64,000 bases of DNA. It comes from Vitrella brassicaformis CCMP3155 (Eukaryota > Protista > Chromerida). Under the pieces are notes generated by a model that made no database searches, had not been told where the DNA came from, and saw only the letters and a list, made by a program, of their open reading frames with translations. Location of the stretch: assembly GCA_001179505.1 (NCBI GenBank), contig CDMY01000613.1, positions 186,001 through 250,000 on the forward strand, written 5' to 3'. Shown piece by piece: positions 1-13,958 of this stretch (positions within the stretch are counted from its first letter, which is position 1; the number at the start of each line of letters is the position of its first letter). Position numbers and translations under genes: made by a program.

Positions 1-213
1 GACTGCCACGAGCGGGGCGGCGTCCGTCAGCAAGAGTCAAGACAGGACCAAGCCAAGCCAAGACAGCCGTATTCGAGACTGTCGGTTTCCACGGCCCGGC
101 CATCGGATTGCGGTGCGTGCGGTCGTGTTGTGTGTCGCATCATCACCATCAGTGGTGCGCGCGGGAGTCTTCGCGGGGAAGACCAGTAGTGCATCATCAG
201 CCCTATCATCGCT

Positions 214-1060
214 ATGGAGACCTTCCACCGGTCATCCACTCAGTGCCCTGACAGGCACTTCAGGAGGTACGCGGGAGGGAGGGATGGGGCAACAGAGAAG
301 AGAGAGGCCGGAACGGGCCCTGCAAGGTCATGTCTCCCTTGCCCAATGTGCGCTGTGTGCTTCTTCCTCTGTGTGTGTGGTGTGTCTCTTGTCAGTTTGA
401 TGTCCAAGCTATCGTTGTGTCCGCCTGTGTCATCTTCATCACCGGACCTAACACCGAAACGGACACACGGACATATGGTACGCCACCACAGACCCCACAC
501 ACGCGCTTGCCGCTCGCACAATCCCTCCCCTGTTGTGTCTGCGTGTGTGGTGTGTGTGTCAGTCGAGTACCCCTCTTCGCCGTACCGTGTCGTCGTCATC
601 TGGTCGCGTTGGCGTGAGTCCGTCCTCATCACACGTCAAGAAGGCGGTGAGCACATGACACAGATGGATGAAGGTGTGGTGTGACGGTGTGTGTGATGGT
701 GTGTCATGTCAGCCGCATCCCGAGGAGGTGCCCGTGCCGGTGCTGCTGCTGCTGCCGTCGGCACTGTCCACCACCGACGGCTCGGCGGCCTCGTCCAGCC
801 CCTGCAGGGACGAGGACAGCCTCTGCGGCCGATCCAGCGACGAATCATCGGCTTCAAGCACATGTTCTTCGGCGGTACGCCACACACACTGCACACACAC
901 ACTGCACACACTGCGCATACGACACAGACAAGGGACGCACCCCATGTGTGTTGTGTGTTGTGTGGTGTGTGTGTAGGATTTTCGTCCCCGCAAGCCCATT
1001 CGTGCCCACCGGGCGCGGTTCACGAGAGGGCAGCGGGGCCGGTTCGCCCCCATGTCATAG
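214..1060 (+). CDS. Ser/Pro-rich hypothetical protein, 5 predicted exons (may be 5'-partial)
   Basis: GT-AG introns give one consistent frame: METFHRSSTQCPDRHFRS|LMSKLSLCPP...HGHM|SSTPLRR...HVKKA|PHPEEVPVP...STCSSA|DFRPRKPIRAHRARFTRGQRGRFAPMS* (TAG 1058-1060). No recognisable domain. Confidence 0.5.
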
Positions 1061-1099
1061 CTTTGACATGTATATATCTGCCCACGTGTATGGCCATCG

Positions 1100-4000
1100 C
1101 AACCGCCGACTGACGCCCTGACAGACACCTGCTGGACAGACAGCCACGACGAATGGATCGATCGGGAGAGCGAGCGAGCGAGAGTGAGGGAGTGGATGGA
1201 TTGACCATCCGTCCATTCATTCAGTCATTCATTCATGGATCGGTCTGTCATCTTGATGGTCTATCTCTCTGCGCTGTGGGTGGTGGGTGATGATCTGTGT
1301 CAGTCGGCGACTGACCGATGGCCTGCATGTGTCTTGCATGGATTGGATGGGTGCGTCTGTGTGGGGTGGTGTGTTGTGCCGTTTCATGGGCTGGCTGGTG
1401 ATTTGTTATGTATGTTGGGGAGGGGGTATCTGATTGGGGGTTGGGGAGGGAGTGGTTGGTTGGTTGGTTGAGGGAGGGAGGGAGGGAGGGAGGAAGTAGC
1501 GGCGTAAGCTATGAGGCCTTACTGCGTTCGTTGGTCAACTGGTAGGTTGGCTGCCGTGCAGTGCTGTGCGTCTCTGCTGGAACCCTTCAGTCATGCAGAA
1601 GGAAAGAAAGCAAGCAAGAGAAAGAGAGAGAGAGAGATGGGGAGAGTGATGAAGAGGGATGGGGTGTAGCAAGGAGGAGCCAGTGATCTGTTGCCTTGCC
1701 GATTCTCTGCCTGCCTATGACAAGAACAAGAACAGCAGCCCACGACACATCGATCAGTGCCAACACACGAGTGGCCTGCCAGCCTGCCTGCCTGCCTGCC
1801 TCGCCGTCTCGTGTTGACTGTTTCGTGCCTGCATGCCTGCCACTCTGCCTTTCTGCCTCTGTGTGTGTGTATGTTATGGCCTCGCTGCCCGGTGATCGTG
1901 ATTCATCCATCCATCTCACTAGCCTGCCTGCCTGTTTCCCTCTTTCTTGATCGAAGTGTGTCTGCCTGCCTGCCTGCCTGGGGGACAGTTCTGACCCTCC
2001 CTGTCTCTCTCTACATACCGCATCCATCCATCTATGTGCGCATGTATATGTAAGGAGGTACATAACATATCTATCGTCACATATGATCGATATCGATACG
2101 TGTGTGTATGAGCTGGCTGCTCTTCTGACGCGCTGGCCAGCGACGGAAGGACTCGACGGACGGACAGACGGCACACACACGTCCCGCTTTTCTTTCCGGT
2201 CGATCTGTCTGTCTATCTGTCTATGAGTGAGCCAATGGATAGAGTCAGGCGAGTACGGGGGCCTGACCGACACCGACTGATTGACTGGCCGACCGACTGA
2301 CTGGGTGGCTGGCTGGCTTGCCGGCTGCGTGTGGGCGTTGGTGTGCTGGGCGTGGTACGGTCATTCATGTGTGGTGTGATGTGATGTGATGTGCTATGGT
2401 TCGTCTTATCGGGCGTGTCAAAGTGACTGCTCGTCTATCGAGACAATCAATCAATATCACGAGTAGATATTCCCACTGACTCACTGACTCACTCTTTGCC
2501 TGTTTGCCGTTTCCGGGGTGGTGATTTACTGACGGCTATTCTTTCTGTTTTGCCGTCGTCTGTTTCCTGCCTGCGTGCATACATCTGGCTGTGTGTGGCG
2601 GGGTGTGGGGGAGTGGAGGGGAGGGGTGAGAGATTGGCGGCGGTCTGATCGACGGCCATTTGTTCCTGCCTACGTGTCTGCCTGCCTGAGGCCCTCTCCC
2701 TCTCTCCCTCCCTCCCTCCCTCCCTCTATTCTTTCTGTTTGGCTGCCATTTGTGCGTGCCTGCCTGCATGTCCTACGTGTGTGTGTGTCGGGGATTCCTT
2801 TATAGTCATTCATTCCTTCTTTCACGTCCATACCCACACTGCCTCTCTCCCTGATGTATTTCGTACATCCATCCGTCCACCCATCCATCCATCCATCCAT
2901 ATGGTGTCATCTTTGTCGATGGGTTGCTGACTGACTGACTGCCTCTGGATGGATGGATGGGTGGACGGACGGGTGTGCCTCTGCCGTGCCGTGTCTTTTG
3001 AGAGCTAGAGGAAGGACGCCAGCGTTTTGCCCGATAGACAGGAAACAGACAGACAGACGGACAGCTGGCTGTTTGTGTTTGCAGCATGGCATCCATCGCA
3101 CAACACACACAGAACACCGAACACAACACAACACAGGACACACAGAGACATACAGCGAATTTTCAAGCAAGGCACATCAGAGGAAGGAGAGATCGGGGCG
3201 TCACGTGTGTGTCCGTCCGGCTAGTCCCTGGGTGCCATCCGTGGCGTGGCATCGCAACTGGGCGCCGTGGCTAGCTCTGGCACGCAGGCAGGCAGACAGG
3301 CAACCACTGTCCATGTGCACACAAGTGATACGCCGACCGGATTTTTGCACGGCACGTGCGTCGCAGTCAGTGGGGCTCGTCTGTCGGTGGGCATGCTGGC
3401 GTCTCGTCACAGTGAGCCGCTAGTGCTCTTTTCCCTCACTCTGACGCCTCTAGCCTGGCCGGCAGGTGGCCCTGCTCACGACAAAAAAAGCTAGCTCTCG
3501 TGCACGCACGTGGACTGGCTGTCTGACTGGATGCTGATCGACTGGATGGCACCTCTAAGTGGCGTGGTAATCGTGTCGGTCTGCCTGGTGCGTCCGTGCT
3601 GTCTTTGAAGCGACCGGCACACGCGCGATGGACTGCCCCTGTCTCCTTCCTCTCTGCTGCTCGATTGACGATGGACTGACTGATGATGGCTGCCTACACG
3701 TGGCGAATTTGTTTCCAGAGTGTCCGTATGGTATGGTTTGGTGGATGCGCGGGGTTGTGGGCGGGTGGTGGGCGGTTTGCCATGATGGATGGATGGATGG
3801 ATGCGGCTGCATTGTGTTGTATTGGGTGAAGGGATACTTGGCTTGTACAGAGTGGTTGGTCGGTTGGTTGGTTGTTTGTTTGGTTGTGTTGTATCGAACG
3901 GATCGATGGACGGCTGGATGCCTCTCTGCCTCTCTGCCTCTCTCTCTTTCTTCTCGCCATGCCTGCCTGCCTGCCTGCCCGTTTCCCCGTCTATGTGCTA

Positions 4001-7000
4001 ATCTGACTGCCATGCAGCGACACGATAGACGGCCGGGCGGGCGGGCCATCGGCCGCCATCGTCACTATGTACTTACTACTTTCTTGTGTGCTGTCGTCCT
4101 CATGGGTTTGATCATCTCCTTTCCGCTCTCCCATACCTGGGTCGAGTGAGTGACATTTTAATAATTAGAGGGCGGCATAGGCGGGCCTCTCTTGACGGCT
4201 GCCCACACACACACAGACCCGCACTCACGGAGCCCACACACAGACTCACATGCGCCAGCTAGCCATCGACGAAGTGATGGATTGACTGTGTACAGCTCGA
4301 GCTCCACCTGATTGATTGGCCACTAGGGCGTTTTTTCTGCCCGTCCCTCGCCTCGCTTACAACACAACAGATCAGACCGCCGGATGCGATGCGATGCGTG
4401 TGTGCGTTGCGTCCGTGCTTGTTTGGTTTGCGTGTCTGCCTTCCGTATGTGTGTACATATGTGTCTATGTATGTATGTGTGTACGGCGATGGGGGCAGCC
4501 ATGCGTGTGTGAGTGAGTGTGTCCATCAATCAAACCATCGGCCGCTGGCCGCCCATATACTCTTCTGTCTATCTTTCTGCATCATATCTATGCTCTCATC
4601 GCAGCCTCCTGTGTGTGTGGGTGTGTGTGGGTGTGTGTGGGTGTGGTGTATGTGATGCTGGTCTGCGCCATGCAACTCGCTCGCCAAGAAACGACAAAAG
4701 ACGAGACAAAGACGAGACAAGAAGACAGACACGTGAGTGGATGGCTCGCGCCATCCATGCATGTGCATGCCACGTGCGGCGTCACGTGCGTGTATGTGTA
4801 TGTCGTTGCTGGCCTCCCTCCCTGCCTTCCTGCCTTCCTGCGTCGGGTTGGCTTCCTGCCGCCCCTCAATATATGCATGCGCGGGAGTGAGGGAATCAGT
4901 CAGTCAGTCCAGTTACCCACCCACTCGGGCAGGGCAACGAGCCTGCGCTGTCACACACATATACACACATACACACATACATATATATATCTCTGTATGC
5001 ATAGGTATGTACCTACCTACTCACTGACTCACTGACTCACTACTATCTTTGTGTGTCTCTCTGTCTGTCTTGCGTGTTGTGTTATTGTCTGTCCCTTTCG
5101 GCCGCGCATGGCCGGGCAAAAGGGCCTGAAAGGCATACTGCACGCACAAACGATACGTCTACTACAAGTGAGAAAGACAGGAACCAACGAGCGAGGCGAG
5201 CGTGCACCCATTCATTCTTTCATGGGTGCGGCTGTGAATGACTAGGCTGGCTTACCTCTCTGCGTGTGAGGGTGCCTTTTCTGTCGCTGCTGCTGCTGGT
5301 TGGATCAAGGACCTGACTGACTGCTATTTTTCACCCTCTGCGCGCGTCCGTGCGTCCGTGCGTGGACGCAAGCAGAGGGCGACAAGAAGTCAAGACAGAC
5401 AGACACTGCTAGATGAGCGAGCAGATTCTCAGTCACTCGCTCCTCTCAGTCTGGACGGAGAAACGAGAGACAAATGCTGGCGGCTTGGTGTGTGCTGTAT
5501 CGTGTTGTGTATTGTGTGCATGTGGCAGAGGCGAGACGAGGCAAGGCAAGGCAAGGCAGGCACAGAGAGGCAGGCATGGTATGGCACGGCATGGTATGGT
5601 ATGGCGAGGCACTCACCTTTCACAGAATGGATGGACGATATTGGGCGACAGCGGCAGGCAGGCAGAGGCATGGCAGGCAGATCGCTTTTCATCTTGTTGT
5701 TGTCCGGGCAGGCACTTTTGCTGCTCTAACGGGCTGGCTTCTCCTCACCTTCATCTCATCTCCTTTCCTCTCCTCCCGTCTGATCTCTCTCATACACGCC
5801 GTCTGCACACACAGATGGTCGGCGCACTTGTCATGGTTGTGTCTGCCTGCATCTGTGCAAGGGCTGAACACACACCATACATGGCCGGTGTGGATGCGAT
5901 TTGTGTGTTGTGGACCGGCGAAGGAGCGATGTAGCAATGACGACAGTCCGCAGAGACCAGAATCAGAAAGAAGTACGGTCGGTATATATATGGAGAGGCC
6001 GTTATCTCACGTCACATATCTGTGGTGTGGTGTGTGCGCGCGTGTGTGCCGTTTCAAGTGAATACGGCAACATCAGATAAGCAAGTAGCATTCATTGGCC
6101 TCTTGACTGACCGACTCACTCGGTGACGTTGGTCGCATTGCAATGATGCATTGTGTGTGATTGATTGTGTGTATGTGGTCTGGCCGTGCGTGTGATGTCA
6201 TGCTGTGGGGTGTCATGGCGTCCTATGACGTGCTGTATGTGTGTTGGTGCTACCGCTGCCTGTCTGGCTGGCTGGCTGGCTGCCGGGCTGACTGGCCGAC
6301 TCACTCACTGCTCATTTCACACACGAGCAGGCAGACAGGCAGGCAGGTCAGCGAGCGAGTTGAGCGAGGAAGAGAAGTGCGGGAGGGAGTGGTCTTTCAC
6401 CGACCTACCACACCACACTCACACCATACCCCCCTACCGTATTGCTACCTACAATCTCCTACTCATGCGGCAGGCAGGAAAGACTTGAAATTTTTAGAGC
6501 GCACGGATGGCTGGGTGGCTGCCTTTAGGTAGGTGTCTGTCTGTCCCTCGATCGGTGTTTGTTTTTGCGTGGCTTGGCTTGGCCTGGCGTGGCGTGCGGC
6601 GTGTCTGGCTGTCGGTCGGTCAGGGAGCCTTCCGTCTGTCTGTCTGTCTGGCTGGTCTACTCTTATCTGTCGGTCACCGGTTTGCGCGCCGTCAAGACAC
6701 AACAGCCCAGCCCAGCCTTTGTCCCCAATAACAAGGACTCAAGCTAGCTAAGACGTATGCGTGCATGCGAGCGTCCGTATCTGCCCACCACACCACACCC
6801 ACCACACCACACCACACCTGTGTGCAACTGCAACTGCTCTCTCTCTCACCGTCCTGTCTGTCTGTCTCTACCTACCTATCTATCTCCCACCCTCACCCCC
6901 TCACCCCCTCACCCCATCTGTCTGTCTGTGTGTATGTCTGTTCGGCCGTCCGTTTACTGTGATTCGATTCGTTGCATATGTGCATGTCATGCCATGCCAT

Positions 7001-9600
7001 GCCATGAGTGCCCGCGTACGTGCCCGTACGAGAGAGCATCGTTTTTGTCGATACCTACCTACTGCAGACATACGATACGTGTGTGCATGTATGTGGTGTG
7101 TTTGTGTGCCGTGTGTGTGTGTGTGTGTGCCGCCGACCGCCCTAATTAGTCGATGAGGGGGTGGGTCTCATGGCTGGCTGGCTGGCTGGCTGGTCCGCTC
7201 CGCTCTCTTCCATCCCACCACAAGCAACGGAACGCTATGCTATGCTATGCGGCATTCATTCATGTGCTGAGTGTTTAAGATACCTACACACTTAATGGTC
7301 GATGGACGGACGGGGGGGCGTCTGTCTTTTCCTTTCACACGCACATCCTCTCAGTAGAGGCGCACACACAGGCACACAGACAGACAGACAGGCAGCGGGG
7401 GGGCAAGAGGAAGGCAGCTAGCTAAATGAAGGCACAGACAGGCATTCACACGTGCTCGCCTTCGCTCTCTCTCCACTCGGCCGCGTAGTCGTCCAGCCGG
7501 CCCGCCGTCTTTTTGCCCTCTCGATGTGATTGATGCCTGTGTCTCTTTCCAATCCTGTCCTGCATTGCGCTGCGGTGTGTTGTGCTGTGTGCTCCATTGC
7601 TGCGGCTGTCGATAGACACAGACGACCGACCGACCGACCGACCACCCGAACGAGCGGTTGACGGCAGCCGTGTTTTGTATAAAGCACATACAGGCAAGGC
7701 AGACGAGCAGCCAGGCAGGCACAGGCAGGCAGCCGGAAAGAAAGAGTTGCACGCGTCTATGAGCATGCCATTTATGCGCGCGCGTGTGTGTGTGTGTGTG
7801 TGTGTGTCCGTAAGAAGGGCCCGCAGGCGGGCGATGTGCGTTCGTTTTGTTTGAGCACTCCATAGATCGGTTGACTGACTCGACTGACTGACGTCAGTCA
7901 GTCCGTCGTTCATTCAGTCATGGCTGTAGAGTACGTGATGTGCTGTGGTGTGCTGCTTTCACGGTGGTGCTGTGGTGCTGTGGGCGGCGTGGGTCTCATC
8001 GGGGGCGTGGCGTCCCCTGTGCATACGGACGGACGGACGGACGAATGGGAAGACACACCTGACTGACATGTCATGTATTTCATTCGATTGCATTGCGTGT
8101 GTGTGGGCCGGCCGGTGTGTCTTTTCCTGCCCTGTGCTCTGGTCTGGTCTGTCTGTCTATCTATCTCTCTGCCTACCTACCTACCTCCCTGCTTTTGCAC
8201 ACCTACCTCTACCGACACACACACATACACACCGACTGACTGACTGACTGACTGACACGGGCAGCATACCTGCGTGGCGTGGCGTGCGTGTAGGGACAGA
8301 ATGAGTTGTCTTGATGGATGGATGTGGCGAGCAAGGCGCGGCACGACATGGGCTACTTGAGCTACTTACTTAGCCAGCAAGCATCAGGACATTACTAACT
8401 AGCCAAGGACGGACGACGGGCGGCAGACAGACAGACAGGCAGGCAGGCGGGAAGGCTCCTCTTTTTTGCTTACTTACATGACACCCTTCCCCTTCCCCCC
8501 TCTCTCTGTGTCTGTCTGTCTGTCTATTGTGTTGTGCTGTGTGTATTGTGTGTGTCCGTGTGTGTATCGCATGCCGTGCCGTGCACCTCTCTCATCTCAT
8601 GTGTGGAGTGGACGACTAGTCAGTGGACGGATGGCTGGAGGGATGGCCGGATGAGCTGAGCACGGCTGTCTGTCTGTGTGCGCTGAATGGGATTGGCAGG
8701 CAAGAAGGAAAGACGAGCTACCGTGGACAGCACGAAACATACACACAGGTGGGGAGGGAGGGATGGGTGTGGTGTGGTGTGGTGTGAGTATGGGGGGGGG
8801 GTTGCGTGAGGGAGAGGAGAGGAGGGGAGAAGAGCAGCAGCAGCAGCAGCACGATGAGCTATCGATACCACACACACACACACACACACAGAGAGACATA
8901 TATATATCGACGTACACACCGGAGGAAGTTTTCCCTTTTGCCGCCCACCACACAGCACAGCACAGCACAGCACAGCAGAAGAGGAAGCGGGTGTCTTTTG
9001 TGGCTGGCTGGAGACAGACGGTGTGGTGCCTGGCGGGCGACACGGAGAGAGATCTGCCCACTCGTTTGTATTGGCTGTCGTCGCGTCGCGTCACACACAT
9101 ACCACACGTTTGCACGTCTTTTTTGTGCGTGTCGGTCTGTCTGAGGTCGCTGTGTGTCGTTGATTCGTAGAGAGACTTCTCGTGGCTTGGCTGCCTGCTG
9201 TCTTGTGTGTCGGTCGTGTGTGTCGCTGCATATATCATGGCGGCAGCTGCCGGGACACGCAGGGCTGCATGGGCTGGCTGTCGATGGCATGGCGTGGTGA
9301 GGGGGTGGGAGTGGGCGCACACAAAGGAATTAGCGGACGAACGACCAACGATGGACACCAACACAGGCAGGTCGTTTCATGACCGATGGAATCAAAGCAA
9401 CGCTGCAGGTGGAAGGCGTATGCGCCATCTGTCATCACTGCAAACAAACAAACGGCCGACACACACGTCTCTCACAGCATCTCGCCGCACCCAACATCCA
9501 CTCGCAGTCCCAGCCCATCACGCAGCTGAACCGGTTCGTGCTTGTGGTTGAAATGCACAATGTGAGCGCTCGTCGGTCCGGTCAGCAAACACGAGACAAA
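1100..9600. repeat. Microsatellite-saturated region with no convincing CDS
   Basis: Continuous mosaic of (GGAT)n, (CTGA)n, (CCTG)n, (CTGT)n, (GGCT)n, (GGGA)n, (GT)n and (GTGAT)n. The ORFs here translate the repeats themselves. Confidence 0.75.
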
Positions 9601-9688
9601 TACCTTTCTACTAGTCTAATCTAGGCATCCGCACACAAAACAACACACCGCACCCCCACGTCAATCATCATTTCAAGCCAGTCAGTCA

Positions 9689-12010
9689 TCACCCCTGTCC
9701 GTCCCCCTCCCCCTCCCTCTGTGTGTGGGGCGTGTACGCCGGTGGCACATAGCTCTGCACCGGCCCGGCCCCCGCCACCCCAACACGCACCGGGGGCAGA
9801 CTCGGCAGCACCACATCAGCAGCGCCTGTCGTCGATGGCTGCTCCCGCCTCCCTATGTTGACCGGGTCGGTCGTGGCAGCGGGGCCGCCGGGATACAGCG
9901 AATAGGGAGGGGCGTGGTCCTCTACTCGAGCCGTCGTGATGGCGCCTGCCGACAGAAGGTGGACCCGGAAGGGACGCACAATCGAACACACCGCACTGCA
10001 GACCAGATTGAGAACCAACCAAGAGAAGACGCACACACAGTTTCCTCTCTGTGTGTGGTGTCTGTCTGGTCTGGGTATGGTGTGGTTACCTGGCGTCCCC
10101 GCAGAAGAGGGCATCGAGTGGGCTGTCGACGTGGAGGCATGTGATGGGGATGTCAGACTCGGAGGGCAGCTCGGCCCCCAGCTGCCGGATGAGCACGCAC
10201 TGGATCTTGCCGTCACTCCCCCGCCGCAGCAGCCGCCGCATCACCAGAGAGCCGTCCACACCGGCCTGCAGTGATTGATTGATTGCATGAGCACACACAT
10301 CGGAATGGTTGGCAGCAGTGCCTTTGTCTTGTTTGTTCACCCCTCGGCCACCCACCAGCAGCAGGATGGACGCGGGCGCCGCGTGCGACCCGCCCAACGG
10401 CTCGTCCACTACTTTGATGGACGACAAAAGAGACCCACACGTCATTAGACCCGCTGAGTACCTGCACGCCACACCACACCACTCTCAGTGATCAACACAC
10501 TTCCCCAGCCCAAGTCCCGCTCAGCTCACCGTTGCACTATCGACATGGTCTCGGCACTCAGAACAAAAACCGACCTACTACCCACCAGCGCCAGCAACAG
10601 CCCCAGCGGGGCGCACCAACACAGCGCGTTCACAGGCAGACCGCTCTCCATCTCTGTCGCGGGACTTGCGCCGCCCTCACTGTCGATCGCCTCGCCCCCT
10701 CCCCCCTTGGCCTCTGCGGCGAAGCTTATGGTGGTGTCGAGCCTGAAGTCCTTCAGCTGGTACACGGCCACCATGCCGCTGCCGTACCCCACCCACAGCT
10801 GACGCAGCGCACGCACCACCGCCATGCAGCCAATGAAATCACGACCCTCGGACACCTGATGGATAGAACCAAACACTTGTGTGGCCGTGATGGGGATTGT
10901 GTGTGCAGTTTCTTGCCAGCGATGATGCCCTCCGCCAGCCGCCCTGCGAGCCGTCTTCTTGTGAGGGCCTCCTCCCGTCCGATGGCTGCTGCCCCTCGTC
11001 ACTAGGTGCAGTGGGTGGAGCGTCTGACGACCGTGCTGCTGTCGATGCGGCCGACAGGGATGTGCCGTGTGACGTGACGAGTCGAGGGGAGCTGATTGTG
11101 TGCAACACCCGCTCACTGGGCACCTCCCATATAATCACCTGTCAGTCAGACACAACACACACACGCCAAAGGGAGAGAGTCGAGCGGGCCGGGCGTATTC
11201 CCGTGTCCGTGTTTTCGCCCATCACGTACCTGTCCCCTTTGGTTGCCTGCAAGCACCCTCTGCGCGAATCCGTCTAGCCCCGTGTAGACCCCCACAGCCG
11301 TGATGCTCAGGTCGAGGGCACCTGCCGCCATCCCAGTGGTCGGCAGGGAATCGCCATGGTCGGCATCTCCGTCAGCCGCATCTGCAAAACCAACCAACCC
11401 CAAACAAACACATGGATCAATGTGTCATCGACAGGTACACCTGTATCAACCCACCTGTGTGCCGCTCGTTGTCCGGCAGCTCCAGCACCAGAGCCACCTC
11501 CAGGCTGCCAGCCTTGAGCACCACCACCCTCCCATCAAGGCACCCACATAGGTGACAGCTGCCCACCCCCGCGATGCGCGTCGTCTCGAAGGCTGCCATG
11601 GCCGGCTGCATGGGCACCCGCCCTATCCTGTTGCCTCCCTTATCGTACCTCTCCAGCCACCGGGGGGTGGCCAGCACGATGGCATGAAAGTTCACTGGCG
11701 ATGGGAGGGGCTGGTGGTGCGCAGGTGGGACGGTGGGAGGGTGCGGGCTGCTGGAAGGGGATGAGTCAGCCGAGTTGGGCAGTGCCTGGTGGACGCCGCG
11801 CTCGACAGCAATGCCTATCACCGGTCCCTGTGTGGAGGAATGAATGGACACCAAGTGCTTCAGCCAAGGTGCCGCTCACGTCTGTGGAGCACTCACCGGT
11901 TTGCCTGGCTCGTTTGCACTACCGATGCGGTCAACGAGGCCGTCGTCGTCGCTCTTGGCCTTGCCAGCCGCTTCCGTCAAGTAGGACGAGAGGCTGCGGA
12001 ACAGCTGCAT
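9689..12010 (-). CDS. WD40/beta-propeller-like protein, about 7 exons
   Basis: Spliced model MQLFRSLSSYLTEAAGK...|GPVIGIAVERG...CGCLDGRVVVLKAGSLEVAL...|...ITAVGV...VLAGNQRGQ|VIIWEVPSERVLHTI...|...QLWVGYGSGMVAVYQLKDFRLDTTI...VNALCWCAPLG...|...AGVDGSLVMRRL...ITCLHVDSPLDALFCGDAR. WD-like blade motifs. One GC-AG intron (donor 10916). Confidence 0.7.
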
Positions 12011-12244
12011 GGTGCCGAGATGGATCTCAGGACGCCCTCATCCACTCCACGGCAGGCTCTGCCGCATCCAACCACTCATTAGAGAGGCCACAGTGACCAC
12101 ATTCGTCCATCTGCATCCAGAGAATGCCTGAGAATGCCACGCAATGCACATCTTTGGCTCCAGATCCTTGGTTTTGCTGCCTCCCTACCTCTCTCCAGCT
12201 TACGTCCACGCTACGTGTCCATCTTCACCCTCAAACTTGGGATC

Positions 12245-12256
12245 TCAAGCTCGCAC
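12245..12256 (+). promoter_or_regulatory. AAGCTCGCA motif in the WD40/E2 divergent promoter
   Basis: TCAAGCTCGCAC. The same core or a one-base variant recurs in other divergent promoters (20505, 27215, 32010, 52279, 61683, 61697). Confidence 0.5.
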
Positions 12257-12362
12257 CTCAAGGAGCGACCCAACCCCTTTCCCCCTTTGCCTTCGGGATG
12301 AAGCCTCGGCGCAGCCTCATGTTGGTTTTCTCACTCATCATCGATCTGACCACGTGCCTCTG

Positions 12363-13449
12363 ATGACCAGCGTCTCGGTAAGCAGATCAGAGCGGTCTTG
12401 TCTGTCTGTGTCAATCAATCAATCATGTTTGGTCCATTCAGGCTCGCCGTGTGGTGGAGGATGTGCAGGAGCTGGCGCGTGAGATCCCCGACGGGACAAG
12501 GTTTGGCGTGCCCGACGAGAACAGCCTCTCGGAGTTCACTGCCGTCATACGGGGGTGCGTTGCGTCGATGACGTGCATACCAACGACACCCCAATACACA
12601 CACACACACGATGGATGGCTTGTGTGGACTGTGTTGTTGATCTGCCAGGTTTGAGGGTTCGGTGTATGAGACGGGCCAGTTTCACCTGAGCATCACGCTG
12701 CCCAGGCCCGAGAACCGCCGGGACCTGGAGTACCCCGATGTGCCGCCCAAAGTGGCCTTCACCACACCCGTGTACCACCCCAATGGTGAGGGAGGGAGGG
12801 GGATGCATACGACCATTGCTGTGTGTGCGTGTGTGTGTGTGTGGTGCAGTGTACAAGGACGGCAAGATCTGCTGGGAGCTGCTGGAGGGGAAGGGGTGGA
12901 ACTCGAGCATCGGCTTCAAGGGCCTCCTGTTCCACCTGCAGGTGACGTGCCTGCACATACACAGACAACACAATAAACACATTTCATGCCCTGGACGGTG
13001 TCTGTCTGTTTGTCCACCTTCATCAGACTTTCCTGGAGAACCCCAACGCCGAGTCGCCCGCCAACCAGGAGGCCGCCCGCCTCTGGCAGACATACGAAAA
13101 AGTGACGGCACCACACACACCACCGCACACAACCAACCAACGAACGCAGCCTTCCCCATAACATGTGTGTGTGCAGGTGAAGCGGCTGAGGATGGAGGAC
13201 AGGCTGGGCGAAGCCACGCACGAGGAGCGTCGCGAGGCCCGGCAGTTCAAGCGGAAGGTGCTCGAGTGCTGCAGCGACTCCTGGATCAGCAACCTCTCGC
13301 GCGACCCGCGCTTCAACAGGGCCGAGAGGATCTTCGGGGAGATGACCGACGACGGCAATACTGGGGAGAGCGGTTGTGGCGATGGTGCCCTCACTGGCAG
13401 TGGGGCGAGTCTGCCGGGGCCGCCGCCGCTCAAGATACACAAGTTGTAG
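12363..13449 (+). CDS. Ubiquitin-conjugating enzyme E2 with C-terminal extension, 6 exons
   Basis: MTSVS|ARRVVEDVQEL...|...YPDVPPKVAFTTPVYHPN|VYKDGKICWELLEGKGW...|TFLENPNAESPANQEAA. Canonical HPN motif and catalytic Cys, followed by a ~95-aa tail. Confidence 0.92.
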
Positions 13450-13958
13450 AGAAGGAGAGGAGATAGGGGGGGAGGGAGGGAGGGCGGGTGCGTGGGTCTG
13501 TGGCCGACCGCTGTAGTGTTGACTGATTTACTTGTGTGAATGAATCGATGTGATCCTTTGTTGTTGATCCCTCGGTGGCTGCATGCATTTGTTATTTGGT
13601 GAGCTTCAAGCCACGTCGTATTTGCGTCTACAAAGAAACATTCGTTCACCCCAACCCCACCACAAATCGCCCACACACACATCACTGACCAGGGTGTGTG
13701 CGTGTGTTAGTGAGGTACTTTGATTGTTTGAGGTAGCTTGGTCAGAGTACATGCAGTCAGCCAGCCAGCAAGCCAGCCAGCCAGCCATAGAATCCCATCT
13801 CGTCTCGGTCCGACAGCCACACACACATCCGAGCCACACACACACACACACACTAAAGCGAAGGCGCAGTAACGCCCCCGTTTGATACCGCCATACATGT
13901 ACTGGTACACACACTTCGGCCGATCTGTCCACGCCCCTCCATCGACGCACTGATCCCC

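Noticed and set aside
706-1128. Minus-strand gene suggested by ORF 709-1128
   Set aside because: Splice signals and intron repeat polarity support the plus-strand model instead.
1235-9551. Dozens of 60-255 aa ORFs in the repeat-rich region
   Set aside because: They translate microsatellites (CVCV, HTHT, PSIH, RQAG) and have no domain signal or consistent splicing.
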